Origin: an uncultured Verrucomicrobiae bacterium
Lineage (GTDB): Bacteria; Verrucomicrobiota; Verrucomicrobiia; Limisphaerales; Palsa-1400
Assembly: GCA_963702845.1 (NCBI GenBank)
Contig: OY969763.1
Coordinates: 2,112,001-2,176,000, forward strand
Reading direction: 5' to 3'
DNA: 64,000 bases
Below, piece after piece: positions 9,449 through 19,947 of the stretch; positions within the stretch are counted from its first letter, which is position 1, and every line of letters starts with the position of its first letter. Both the position numbers and the translations under genes were made by a program. The notes beneath the pieces are model-generated. The model searched no databases. It was not told where the DNA came from and worked only from the letters and a program-made list of their open reading frames with translations.

Positions 9449-12400
9449 TCAATTACGCGGATTCGGCGTGCCAGCCGAGAAATCTGTCGCGTTGTTATTT
9501 GTATCAGTCGCGCCATTGCCGGCGCGCAAGTCAGACGTGGTATTGGATGGGGCAGGGGCTGCGCCGGATCCTTCAAATGCGTCGGCTGTTCCGTATCCGA
9601 CAAAATCAACCACGTTCCCCGACCCGACAGGATTATCAACCGTCAGCAGCGTTTGTGTTTTGGTTAGCGCAATCTTGCCAGCCGTTGCCGACATGCTGAT
9701 CGTGCCCGTAGCTTCCGGCGTCGGGAGATTTGCGGTTCCGCCGGTGCCCGCGGCTTCCTGGATCAAGTAATAGTGCCCTGGCAAAATCGTTCCGCTCAAC
9801 GTCGTCTCTTGCCATGTTGACCCGGCTGAACTCGCGTATTGCACCGCATAAGTGCTCAGATCAACCGACGCCGTGCCTTTATTATAAAGCTCGATGAAGT
9901 CGTTTTTGTAAGTCGCGCCGCTGTTGCCACCGCCACCGTAAACCTGGCTGATCACAACAGTCCCCGTGCCATTCGTCACAGTGAAACTACTCACGCTTGT
10001 CGCCGTCCCGCCAACCGTCGTCACGCTGATAGTTCCGCTAGTCGCCCCGGTTGGCACTGTTGCCGTAATTTGCGTTGCGGAATTTACCGTAAACGTCGAG
10101 CTGGTCCCATTGAACTTCGTTGCGCTCGCGCCCGAAAAATTCGCGCCCGTGATGACAACGCTCTGGCCTACTGCCGCGCTCGTCGGAAAGAAGCCGGTGA
10201 CGGACGGTGGCAGCACGACCGTGAAACTCGCCGCACTCGAGGCAGTGCCGCCTGCCGTGGTCACGCTGATCGTGCCGGTGGTCGCGCCTGAAGGAACTGT
10301 CGCCGTAATCTGTGTCGCGGAATTGACCGTAAACGTCGTCGCGCTTGTGCCGTTGAACTTCACCGTCGTTGCACCACTAAAATTCGCACCCGTAATCGTC
10401 ACACTTGTGCCGACCGGCCCGCTCGTTGGCGAAAAGCTTGTAATCGAAGGCGGCGGAATAACGGTAAAACTACTAGCGCTCGTTGCCGTGCCACCCACAG
10501 TCGTGACGCTGATCGTTCCACTGGTCGCACTCGACGGAACGGTTGCGGTGATTTGCGTTGCCGAATTCACCGTAAACGTCGTCGCGCTGGTGCCATTAAA
10601 GTTAACCGCAGTCGCTCCGGTAAAATTGGCGCCTGTGATCGTCACACTGGTTCCAACCGGCCCGCTGCCTGGTGAGAAACTCGTGATAGACGGTGCAGGG
10701 ATCACCGTGAAGCTTGAGGCACTCGTTGCCGTGCCGCCGGCAGTTGTAATGCTGATCGTACCGCTCGTCGCGCCAGTCGGGACGGTCGCACTGACCTGCG
10801 TATCTGAATTTACGGTAAAACTTGTCGCAGTGGTTCCGTTGAATTTCACAGCCGTCGCGCCGGTAAACGCACTTCCAGTAATCGTCACGCTCGCACCGAT
10901 ACCACCGCTTGCTGGCGAAAAACTCGTGATCGAAGGCGCGGGAACCGTGACCGTAAATGACGAGGCACTGGTCGCAGTCCCGCCAGGAGTCGTCACACCG
11001 ATTGCGCCCGTCGTTGCGCCGGACGGAACCGTTGCGGTGATTTGCGTCGCCGAATTTACCGTAAAACTGGTCGCGCTCGTGCCATTGAAGGTCACCGAGG
11101 TTGCTCCACTCAAATTCGCCCCATTGATCGTGACGCTGGTCCCGGTTGGCCCGCTCGTCGGCGAAAAGCTGCTGATGCTTGGAGCAGGGGTGCCGCCGGT
11201 CGCGCTATTCCGTGGGTTCACCGTTCCCGTGGCGAAATCCGCCGCATTGTTGTCGGTGTCCGTCGCGCCATTGCCCGCGCGCAAATCTGAAGCGGTGTTT
11301 GATGGGGCAGGGGCCGCACCCGAACCTTCAAATGCATCTGCCGTTCCGTAGCCAATGAAATCGACCACGTTCGCCGTGCCCACCGGGTTGTCGATCGTCA
11401 GCACCGTTGTCGTTTTAGTCAGTGCGACTTTACCAGCCGTGCCCGACATTGAAATTGTTCCAGTCGCATCCGGCGTGGGTAAGCTGGTTGTTCCACCCGT
11501 TCCAGCGGCTTCTTGCACCAGATAGTAATGTCCGGCTGCAATTGAACCCGACAACGTTGTCGCCTGCCACGTGCTTCCGGCAGCACTCGTGTACTGAACG
11601 GCATAAGTGCTCAGGTCAACTGATGCGCTTCCTGAATTATACAATTCGATGAAATCGTTTTTGTAAGTAGCGCCGCTGTTTCCCCCGCCGCCATAAACCT
11701 GGCTGATGACAACCTTGCCGGCTCCCGTGCCACTAACCGTAAATGTTCCGGAACTCGTCCCTGTTCCTGCTGCCGTTGTTACGCTGATTGTGCCACTTGT
11801 CGCCGCACTTGGAACGGTTGCCGAAATCTGCGTATCTGAAGCGACGGTGAAATTCGCTCCCGTTCCATTAAACGCAACCGTTGTTGCGCCAGTGAACGCG
11901 CTGCCGTTAATCGTCACCGTTGCACCAGCCGAACCGCTCGTCGGCGTGAAGCCCGTGATACTCGGCGCTGGTGTTCCGCCGCTAACTGTAAAGCTGCTCG
12001 AACTCGTAGCCACACCACCTCCGGTCGTGACACTGATCGGTCCCGTGCTGCTTCCCGTCGCAACAGTCGCCGTGATCTGCGTAGCAGAATTAACAGTAAA
12101 CGACGTCGCATCCGTCCCGTTGAAACGCACAAACGACGCACCCGTGAATCCAGTGCCGCTGATCGTCACACTCTGCCCAACCGGTCCGCTCGTCGGTGAA
12201 AAGCTCGTTATTGTCGGCGTCGGTGGCGCACTTCCGCCCGCATCATTTTTGGCGCGCAACGTTGCTGCAAGCGTCGCATCCAGTGCAGTGAAAAAGGTAT
12301 AGCCAGTGTCCGCCTGAATCTGGTTTGGAGTCGTATTATAATTTGTCCAGTTAACGCTGCGAATGCCTTGAATGTTCGGCATCTTCACCGTGATCACGCG

Positions 12401-13073
12401 CGTGCTCGCATTGATACGGCTGATCGCCGAACCTGAACCGCCCGGAACGACCACGATGATCTTCCACGTGTAACCAGGAATCGCCGCTTTACCGCTTGGC
12501 TGAATCCGTGAGCCGTTGAAACTGCTCGGGCCGCAAACAATCAACAACTCATTCCCAGATTGCGCCAACGTGCGGCAATAAGTCTCCAAAGCTTCCCACG
12601 GTCCCTGATTATTATCCGGCGCCTGCGGCATTATGTTCGACATATAGAACACCAGGTCGTTGTCCGTGGTGTTATCGGTCCGATCCGCCGAAGGACAATT
12701 GTGTCCGCGATCATAACCCGAGCTCGTGTAATCGCTCGAAGTCACATGATAGAAACCTGACGGCAGCGTGCTATCGGTGAAAAACGAACTCGCATCGGCC
12801 GGACGAACCAATATCCGCCGCAGTTAGATCCCAACTGGCCCAATTCGGTTCGCCGTTACTGTCGCTGTAATCAATGGCTTGGACCGTCCGCTGAATTAGA
12901 TAATGGCTGTGGTTATTAGCATCCGTGGTTGCGCCGCTCGGATTGCCAAGCTGCATTTGCAACGTGGCGTCGATAATCGCCGATGCGTTGAATGCCGTAT
13001 AAAACAGCAAAACCACCGAGACGAGAACGCTGGACGCGACATGAGTACAGGACATCAGGGGACGTTTGTGCAT
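9449..13073 (-). CDS. Large secreted DNA/RNA non-specific endonuclease: nuclease-2xIPT/TIG-LTD-5xIPT/TIG-LTD (frameshift near 12793)
   Basis: Signal peptide and nuclease start lie in ORF 12771..13112 (ATG 13073) and continue in 9449..12811 after a 1-nt insertion; DRGH motif; seven PSITSFSPTSG..G.SVTI.G repeats; two LTD motifs. Confidence 0.88.
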
Positions 13074-13145
13074 AGTGGTAACGGAGTTCGAAGTTAGTCT
13101 TGGTTTTAACACTTCGTTGTTTGACGGAACCGAGGGAACGCGCCC

Positions 13146-13174
13146 ATCTCAAGTTTTTTTCAGGATTCTGTCAA
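13146..13174 (-). promoter_or_regulatory. Putative sigma70 promoter of the long nuclease
   Basis: TTGACA-17nt-TGAGAT on the - strand, conserved with 9253-9281 although the spacer has diverged. Confidence 0.55.
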
Positions 13175-13280
13175 GCTGTTAGCGCAGAAAATAATTTTCA
13201 GACAGAAGATGAGCACCGGTAATCAAAAACGGACCAGAGCCGCGGCATTCACTCCGCTTCAACGAAGAGAAGAAACCGTG

Positions 13281-14505
13281 TCAAATCAACATCGCGACAA
13301 TGGCTGCCGCGATCAGGTTTGCCGCCGTGCCAGCGAGCATGGCGCGAAAACCGAGCCTCGCTAAATCTCCCTTGCGTTCCGGCGCGAGCGCGCCAATCCC
13401 GCCAATCTGGATGCCGATCGAACTGAGGTTCGCAAATCCACACAGAGCATACGTCGCAATCACGAATGACCGCGGATCAATCTGCGTGTTCATCGGTCCA
13501 AGTTGCCCGTAAGCAATCAATTCATTGCCCACCATTCGAATGCCAAGGAGAGATCCGACGTTGCTCGCGTCTTTCCACGGCACACCAATCAGCCACGCAA
13601 TAGGCGCAAAAATCCATCCGAGCACGACCTGCAAATCTTTCGGGAACCACACGGCAAACCCGTGAACCCAACCCATAAGCCCATTGAGCAAAGCGATCAG
13701 CGCGAGAAATGCGATCAACATAGCTGCGACGTTGATAGCCAGGTTCAACCCGTCGAATGTCCCGTGAGCGACGGCGCCGAGCACATTTCCGTGCTTTGGG
13801 TTTGCGGAGTCCTGCAAACGCACATTCTGGCCGCTGACAGGATCTTCTGTTTCCGGAATCAAGATTTTCGAAACGAGGAATGTCGCTGGTGCCGCCATAA
13901 TGACCGCCGCAAGCAAATGCTTCGCCTCAACGCCAAAACCGATGTAGGCGACCATAATGCCGGCGCTGATGTGCGCCATTCCGGAGGTCATCACTGTCAA
14001 TCAACTCCGACTCCGTTAGCTTTGAGATCAGCGGTCGAATCGTCAGCGGCGCTTCCGTTTGTCCCATGAATGTGCTCGCGGCAACACTGAACGACTCCGC
14101 GCCACTCACCCCCATCAATCGCACCATGACCCACGCCGCCCCGCGAATGATCGCCTGCATGATCCCGAAGTGATAAAGCACCGCAAAAAATGCTGCGATG
14201 AAGATGATTGTTGGCAAAACATAGAATGCGAAGACGAAGCCGGCTTTACCCGCCGGATCTGCAAGCGAACCAAAAACGAACGTAGCTCCAACATTGGCGT
14301 AGCTCAGCAGCTTGTTGACTACATCACCCGCCCCCGACATAAATCGCTCGCCTGTCGTCCAACGCAACACGAGGAGTCCGAAGATAAACTGCAGGCCAAT
14401 TCCCCACACCACCGTCTTCCATTTGATCGCTTTTCGATTGGTGGAAAAGGCAAAGCAAACCGCGAGAATCACCGTTATTCCCAGGATGCTGATGAGTCGT
14501 TCCAT
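13281..14505 (-). CDS. nupC: Concentrative nucleoside transporter, NupC/CNT family (frameshift near 14000)
   Basis: FAFYVLPTIIF, FMGQTEAPL, AMLIAFLALIALLN, GNELIAY, YALCGFANLSSIGIQIGG; two ORFs join if one T is removed near 14000. Confidence 0.92.
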
Positions 14506-15875
14506 TTAGGGGGCTTGGGGATCTTCCAGCCGGGTTCGCACGAATCTGATGTGTCCGCGCAACGTGTAATATTGATCGGCAAACGAAGCGGGCACTTTGA
14601 TCTTGCTGACGTGTTCTTCGATTTCGTTCAGCCGCGCAAGAAGCTCACCGGGCGGTAGTGGACCCACTGGGTACAACAGGTCACGCTCAACTGCCAGCAA
14701 CGCGCGATACCACCGAAACAGTTTCAACTTGGTCTTCCACTGCAACAATTTTGGAACGAGTCGCAGCGCTGGCACTAAAAGCACAATGGCGGGAATAAAC
14801 ACCAGCACCACGCGGTTGACGACGTTTGCCAGCCAGAACGGGAGATAGTTATAGGTTAAACTTTTGCCGCCACGATTGTAATATCGCGCCGCCTCACTGC
14901 TGATCGGCACATCCAGTTTTAGCGGCTTCGGGAATTCCTCCTTGCGCGCCAACAAAGACGAACCGCCATGAACCTTCTTTGCCTCTTCGATCACCAAGTC
15001 TACCAGGGCCGGATGCAACTTCTCGCGTCCCAGTAACTCCACGGTCGGTGCAACCAGGTAAATGGTTTCGCGCGGCAGGTTCGCTGCGAGATCCAGCGAG
15101 CCCATCGGTAACTCTACTTTGTTCAAATAACTAATGCGCCGCGCGTAAGCGTCCGCCTGGGTGAAACTGAACAGTTTAATATCGGCGTGGCGCAACAAAT
15201 TTGTCATTACCTGCCGTGGCGCAGAGTCGCCGGTTAAAAATACGGCATCTGAATTACTGGCAAGCAGCGCCTGGGCTGCCGCACTTGCCTCAACGTCGAG
15301 AAAGGTCGTGTTCGCCGCAGTCACAGCGTTGCTGGCCAGGAGACTCGTCGCCAATATTCTGGTCCCGCTGCCCGGAGCCCCAACCGCCAGCCGTTTGCCT
15401 TTGAATTGGGAAAGCAACGTGAGATTCGTTTCCGCGCGATAAAAAACGAACAACGGCTGATACGCAACACTCCCCAATGACACGACGTGCTTCGCGACGC
15501 TGTTCGTAATTCCGCTTTGCACGAATGCCATGTCCACTCCTAAAGTTTGCTCGGTCAACCTTTGCAGGTTTTCTTGCGAGCCGTGCGAACGTCAAAATGT
15601 GCACAGTGATATGATTGCTCGCGAGTCGAATCTGATAATTGGTGGCGTAGTCTCCAAAACATGCTGTCCTCCGGCCCGGCGCTGATCGTGATTACTTTCG
15701 GCGGCGCAAGATGGATGAAATACCAGACGGCCAGACCTACGATGCCTGCGAAGATGGCCAGGGCCAGGGCGGCGAGGCTGCGGCTCAATCCGAACAGTTC
15801 GGTAAACGGCCTCAGTATCCGCGAACCGAATGTGTTGCGACTCTGGTTGTCCACTCGCGAAATGTTTGCGGCCAT
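14506..15875 (-). CDS. TAXI-family TRAP solute-binding protein with N- and C-terminal membrane helices (frameshifts at about 15555-15650)
   Basis: PPKVITISAGPEDS, VDMAFVQSG, SLGSVAYQPLFVFYR, GKRLAVGAPGSGT, YLPFWLA and a C-terminal RWYRAL segment. Confidence 0.8.
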
Positions 15876-15900
15876 GCTGTGGAAGTCAAACGCAATCGCG

Positions 15901-17241
15901 TCAAATGCTGCATGGCGCGAGAATTGCGGTGCTCATGCCGTGAATGATTTTCTTGTCCGCCGGACAGATGGTCGCGAGCACGCCACCGAGCGTCGCACGG
16001 GCGGCGTCGCCGTCGCCTTTGACAAAATAGTAAGGACACAAACGAACGCGACCCGGCATTGTGACGAGTTCGTTTTTATCGAAGTCGTAATAATGCGCTT
16101 CAGCCAGGCGCGGCTTGTGGAACTTTTGCAAAACGTATGGAGACGTCGGAAATGAACGCAGGGCTTCTTCGACGGCAGCGCTCCATTCGGTCGTCGAGAG
16201 ATCGCTGCCGAGATAGACGCCGCGCGCACCCCAGGCTTTTTCGGAAAAGCCGGAGACCTTCAGAATCAGATTGCGCTCCTTCTGTGACATCGTTTCCAAC
16301 TCGCGCCAGTCGGCTAGATTCAGTTCGGGAATGGCAGCTTGCGGCGGCAACGGCGAAGGGTCGACCATCCAGGTGTATGGCACAGCTTGCTTGAGGCGCT
16401 CGAAGAAACGTTCTCCAAGTTCTTGTCGCCAGAAGTTGCGCAGGTGGCGATTCCACAAAAGGGCAAAGAGCATCTTTTCTTCAAACATCGGCTTCGGCGG
16501 CGGTGTCAGCCGGATTTTCTTTTCTTGTGCCAGTTCGAAAATTGTTTTCGCGTTAGGAACATTCGAGACATCGAATAGTTCAAAAAAACGATAGGCCGCG
16601 TCGCCTTCGTTGAAGTCTTTGAAATTTGTATCGTGGACCTGAAAGCGGTCGCCAAGTTTTTGGCAGACCCATTCCATTTCGGGTCGATAGGTCTTTGCTT
16701 CTTCGGAAATGGTGATGTGAACGGTTTTGGCATCGCCAAAAATCGAGGCGAAACCTTCGAGCATGCCGTTGCTGTTTCCGAGGACAGTGCGCGCGGCCGG
16801 AATTTCGGAATAGGTTTCGTTGAGCCACGCGGTCAGACCGATACCGCCAGGAACGCTGTCGAGTTCGGTGATGCAGAAGGACGGCGCAGCGCGACCGTCG
16901 CTACCTTCGGTCAAAATGACGTCAGGACGAATGACGCGCGGGAGTTCGTTTTTGAAAGCGTTGGAGCGCTGAAGCTCGATGAGTTCAGTGGGCTTGCCGC
17001 GATCAAGCCATTCGGCGACCCACGCCGGTTGTTTGCCCGCGGCGCTTTGGCGATAGAGCAGGTTGACGGCGCGATTAAATTGCAACAGGACGCGGCCGAG
17101 ATTTTCCAATTCAGTGGCGAGTTCAGAGCCAAGCGGAAATGGAGCAGGGGAGATGCGCCAATCCTGGCCGGCAAAAAGGCCGGAGGCGGGCATCTTTTCG
17201 CGCACGCGACGCGCGGCGTCGGATGGTGATATGGTATGCAT
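15901..17241 (-). CDS. Uncharacterised ATP-grasp-type ligase (glutathionylspermidine synthase/circularly permuted ATP-grasp-like)
   Basis: IRPD, ITELDSVPGG, EEKM, LILKVSGFS...WGARGV, YVLQKF, RVRLCPY motifs resemble ATP-grasp signatures. Confidence 0.6.
   Translation of the reverse strand: MHTISPSDAARRVREKMPASGLFAGQDWRISPAPFPLGSELATELENLGRVLLQFNRAVNLLYRQSAAGKQPAWVAEWLDRGKPTELIELQRSNAFKNELPRVIRPDVILTEGSDGRAAPSFCITELDSVPGGIGLTAWLNETYSEIPAARTVLGNSNGMLEGFASIFGDAKTVHITISEEAKTYRPEMEWVCQKLGDRFQVHDTNFKDFNEGDAAYRFFELFDVSNVPNAKTIFELAQEKKIRLTPPPKPMFEEKMLFALLWNRHLRNFWRQELGERFFERLKQAVPYTWMVDPSPLPPQAAIPELNLADWRELETMSQKERNLILKVSGFSEKAWGARGVYLGSDLSTTEWSAAVEEALRSFPTSPYVLQKFHKPRLAEAHYYDFDKNELVTMPGRVRLCPYYFVKGDGDAARATLGGVLATICPADKKIIHGMSTAILAPCSI
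16879..16905 (-). repeat. GTAG-flanked REP-like palindrome inside the ATP-grasp CDS
   Basis: - strand GGTAGCGACGGTCGCGCTGCGCCGTCC with GACGG/CCGTC stem, encoding GSDGRAAPS. Confidence 0.5.
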
Positions 17242-17254
17242 GGGCACGATTCCT

Positions 17255-18531
17255 CTAGGTCCGCAACTGACCGTTGCCGAACCCAATCCATTTATACGTT
17301 GTTAATTCGTCGAGCCCCATAGGGCCGCGCGCGCCAATCTTATCGGTACTAATGCCGATTTCCGCGCCCATGCCGAATTCGCCGCCATCGGTAAAGCGGG
17401 TCGATGCGTTCCAGTAAACTGCGGCGGAATCGACATCGGCCAGAAATTGCTTCGCGTGCGCTTCGTTTTTCGTGACGATGGTGTCGGAATGGGACGAGCC
17501 GTAATTGATTAATATGGTCGACGGCTTCGGTGATGCCGTTGACGACGCGCAGATTTAAAATGTAGTCGAGGTATTCGTTGGACCAGTCCTTCTCAGTGGC
17601 GGATTTCAAATTTGAGATTTGAGATTTGAGCATGGACTGAGCAGCGTCATCGGCGCGGACTTCGACTTTATTGTCGTTGAGCTTTTGAGCCAGCGGACGG
17701 GAGAAATTTCGATGCAACCGATTTGTCCACGAGCAAAGTTTCCATCGCGTTGCAAACGCCCGGCCGCTGGCACTTGGCGTTAATCACGATTTCTTCGGCC
17801 ATCTTCAGATCAGCGTCGGCATCCACGTAAACGTGGCAGACGCCTTTGTAATGTTTGATGACGGGCACCTTGGAACATTCAGTAACGGCGCGAATGAGAC
17901 CTTCGCCGCCGCGAGGCATGCAAAGGTCGACGAATTGCGTGAGGGACAGGAGTTCTTTGATGGCGTCGCGATCGGTCGTGGGGACGACTTGAATGGCGTG
18001 CTCGGGGAAATTCTTCAAGTGCTTGGCCGCGGCATTGAGCATGACTTCGGCGATCGCCTGGTTCGAATGAATAGCTTCTTTACCGCCACGCAGAATGGTC
18101 GCGTTGCCGGATTTGAAACAGAGGCTGGCGGCGTCGGCAGTGACGTTGGGACGTGATTCGTAAATGATGACGACGACGCCAATGGGCGTGGAAATCTTTT
18201 GGAGGCGCAGGCCGTTGGGACGGGTGCGTTCGTCGAGGGTTCTTCCAACTGGATCGGGCAAGGCCGCCACTTCGCGCAGGCCTTTGGCCATGCCAGCGAC
18301 GCGTTTGTCGTCGAGTTTCAGCCGGTCGAGCATCGCACCGGAAAGGCCGGCTTTGGCGCCCGCTTCCATGTCGCAGGCGTTTGCCTTTTGGATGGCGGCG
18401 CGGTTTTGTTCGATGGCATCGGCCATGGCGAGCAAACAGGAGTTTTTCTCCGCCGTGGTCAGCTTAGCTAATTGACGCGAAGCGGCCTTGGCTTGTCGGG
18501 CCAATTGCGTCATTTGCTCTGTCAAAGTCAT
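17255..18531 (-). CDS. proA: Gamma-glutamyl phosphate reductase (frameshifts near 17700 and 17500)
   Basis: [63 protein letters not shown], and in a shifted frame [23 protein letters not shown]. Confidence 0.95.
17603..17630. repeat. Heptamer tandem repeat inside proA
   Basis: ATTTCAA ATTTGAG ATTTGAG ATTTGAG, encoding [10 protein letters not shown]. Confidence 0.75.
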
Positions 18532-18554
18532 AACTGCCAAATTAAACCAAAACG

Positions 18555-18670
18555 AGGAAGTTGGAAGGCGGAAATTTGGTTTGGAGAAGGCGGAACGTCC
18601 AACGCAAAGGCGCGAAGATGCAAAGGCGCAACCAAAGTCGAGGGGTCGAAGGTCGAAAGTCGAGAGCCAA
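18555..18670. repeat. Cluster of short intergenic repeats
   Basis: GGAAGTT GGAAGGC GGAAA; CGCAAAGGCGCGAAGATGCAAAGG; GTCGA at 18637, 18645, 18652, 18659. Confidence 0.6.
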
Positions 18671-18820
18671 AATGGAGCCGAGAGCCAATTGGAAAAATTT
18701 TGCCACAAATGCGCAACTTTTCCAGATAGCACTGCGAAGATGCAAAGAGGATTTGAAACACGGATCGGAGAAATGATGGGGGTGTGTTGTGGATTGTGGT
18801 TCATAACATCTTTTGGTTTT

Positions 18821-18860
18821 GGTGGGAAAAAGTGAGAAAAGGTTGGAAAAGATTGGATTT
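18821..18860. repeat. 10-bp-period repeat array
   Basis: GGTGGGAAAA AGTGAGAAAA GGTTGGAAAA GATTGGATTT. Confidence 0.6.
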
Positions 18861-19056
18861 GGGATGAACGGACGGGTGTTGACGGTCTAGGCAGCCATGT
18901 GTCGGGAAGGTTGAAGGCAAGCTTTGACGGATTGGCGGCGACGGTGGGGCGGATTTTGGCTTTGCCAATGAAGTTGGCGGCGGCTTGTGCGGCGAAGAAG
19001 GTTGTCAGTGTGTTCAGTTGATTTGTGGTTTTCATAAATATTTTTTCTTTTTTTGG

Positions 19057-19112
19057 CGTTATGAAGCGTTATAAGCCGTTATGAGGCGTTATGACCCGTG
19101 ATTTTGCGTTAT
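19057..19112. repeat. 10-bp-period array of CGTTAT (6 units)
   Basis: CGTTAT at 19057, 19067, 19077, 19087, 19107 and CGTGAT at 19097, with variable 4-nt spacers. Confidence 0.85.
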
Positions 19113-19622
19113 GGTGTTTCGGGTCCTCGCCCGGAGACCAGGAGTCGGGAATGCCGAAGGGAAGGCGGACGGCTTGTTCGCCGAATGGCGTCGGGTCGGT
19201 GGGGTGACTGGCCGAGAATTTTTCGCGGATGAGTCCGATCTTTTGCTGACGTTGGCTTTCGAGAACCTGGTGTTGATGAGGCAGGCGGTTTCGACGGGTT
19301 CTTGTTTTCGAAGCCACTCGGCGTGGCCACTTTTGACCCAACGGAGAATGTTGTAGGTGTTAAACCCGGAATGGCCTTTTTCGGCGAGTTGTTCGCAGAT
19401 TTTGGAGTAGGGGACGTGGCCGGAAAGCGACTTGTTGACGAAGGTGCGGATTTCGACGGGGAATTCGGTGATTTTGCTGCGGTGAGCACGTTTCGATCGG
19501 AGGGCGTTGGCCTTGGTCAGGACGGCAGGCTCGGAGGCTTGCGCTACGGGGAATGCCTGGCTCGTTTCAGGTGCGGCTTCGGCGCATGGCACGGCGACGG
19601 TGTTGGTTGATTCGGTCTTCAT
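19089..19622 (-). CDS. DUF3486 / phage Mu gp27-like HTH protein
   Basis: RSKITEFPVEIRTFVNKSL..HVPYSKICEQLAEKGH....YNILRW.KSGHAEWL resembles the DUF3486 N-terminal pattern (KI..LP..IR..LN..L....Y..I...L...G); recognised from memory. Confidence 0.6.
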   Translation of the reverse strand: MKTESTNTVAVPCAEAAPETSQAFPVAQASEPAVLTKANALRSKRAHRSKITEFPVEIRTFVNKSLSGHVPYSKICEQLAEKGHSGFNTYNILRWVKSGHAEWLRKQEPVETACLINTRFSKANVSKRSDSSAKNSRPVTPPTRRHSANKPSAFPSAFPTPGLRARTRNTITQNHGS

Positions 19623-19656
19623 ATAAAATTATTTATTGAGGAGAAGTGTAACAACG

Positions 19657-19683
19657 TCACTTGGACAAAGGCTGTCCAAGTGA
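19657..19683. promoter_or_regulatory. Perfect inverted repeat upstream of the DUF3486-like gene (operator-like)
   Basis: TCACTTGGACA-AAGGC-TGTCCAAGTGA, 35 nt upstream of the ATG. Confidence 0.55.
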
Positions 19684-19863
19684 AAATATTTTTGCAGAAA
19701 GTTTGCGCAGGGTGGGAATGATTCCAATTTGTTTATCAGGAGGATGTTGCGCGTATCGTTTCGGCTGAGGGGATGGGAGAAGACGATTTTTGAGCCTCCG
19801 ACAACGGAACAAATTGTTTTGGCGCACGCTGCCGCGAGCTACGTCGGCTGCTACGAGGTTTTA

Positions 19864-19892
19864 TTGACAGTGCTAAAATTGAGGCATACGGT
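19864..19892 (+). promoter_or_regulatory. Putative Pc-like sigma70 promoter facing the cassette gene
   Basis: TTGACA-17nt-TACGGT, followed by a perfect 12-bp hairpin TGAAAGTCGGAA/TTCCGACTTTCA at 19904-19931. Confidence 0.45.
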
Positions 19893-19947
19893 GGGGCTAC
19901 TGATGAAAGTCGGAAAGTATTCCGACTTTCACGTTCACTTATGAGAT

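Noticed and set aside
17668..19035. 455-aa ORF suggesting ProA with a long N-terminal extension
   Set aside because: The extension runs through intergenic repeat DNA; ProA similarity begins at ATG 18531
19057..19112. CGTTAT array as a mini-CRISPR
   Set aside because: A 10-bp period with 4-nt spacers is far too short
19089..19622. Prophage around the gp27-like gene
   Set aside because: No terminase, portal, capsid, integrase or transposase genes nearby
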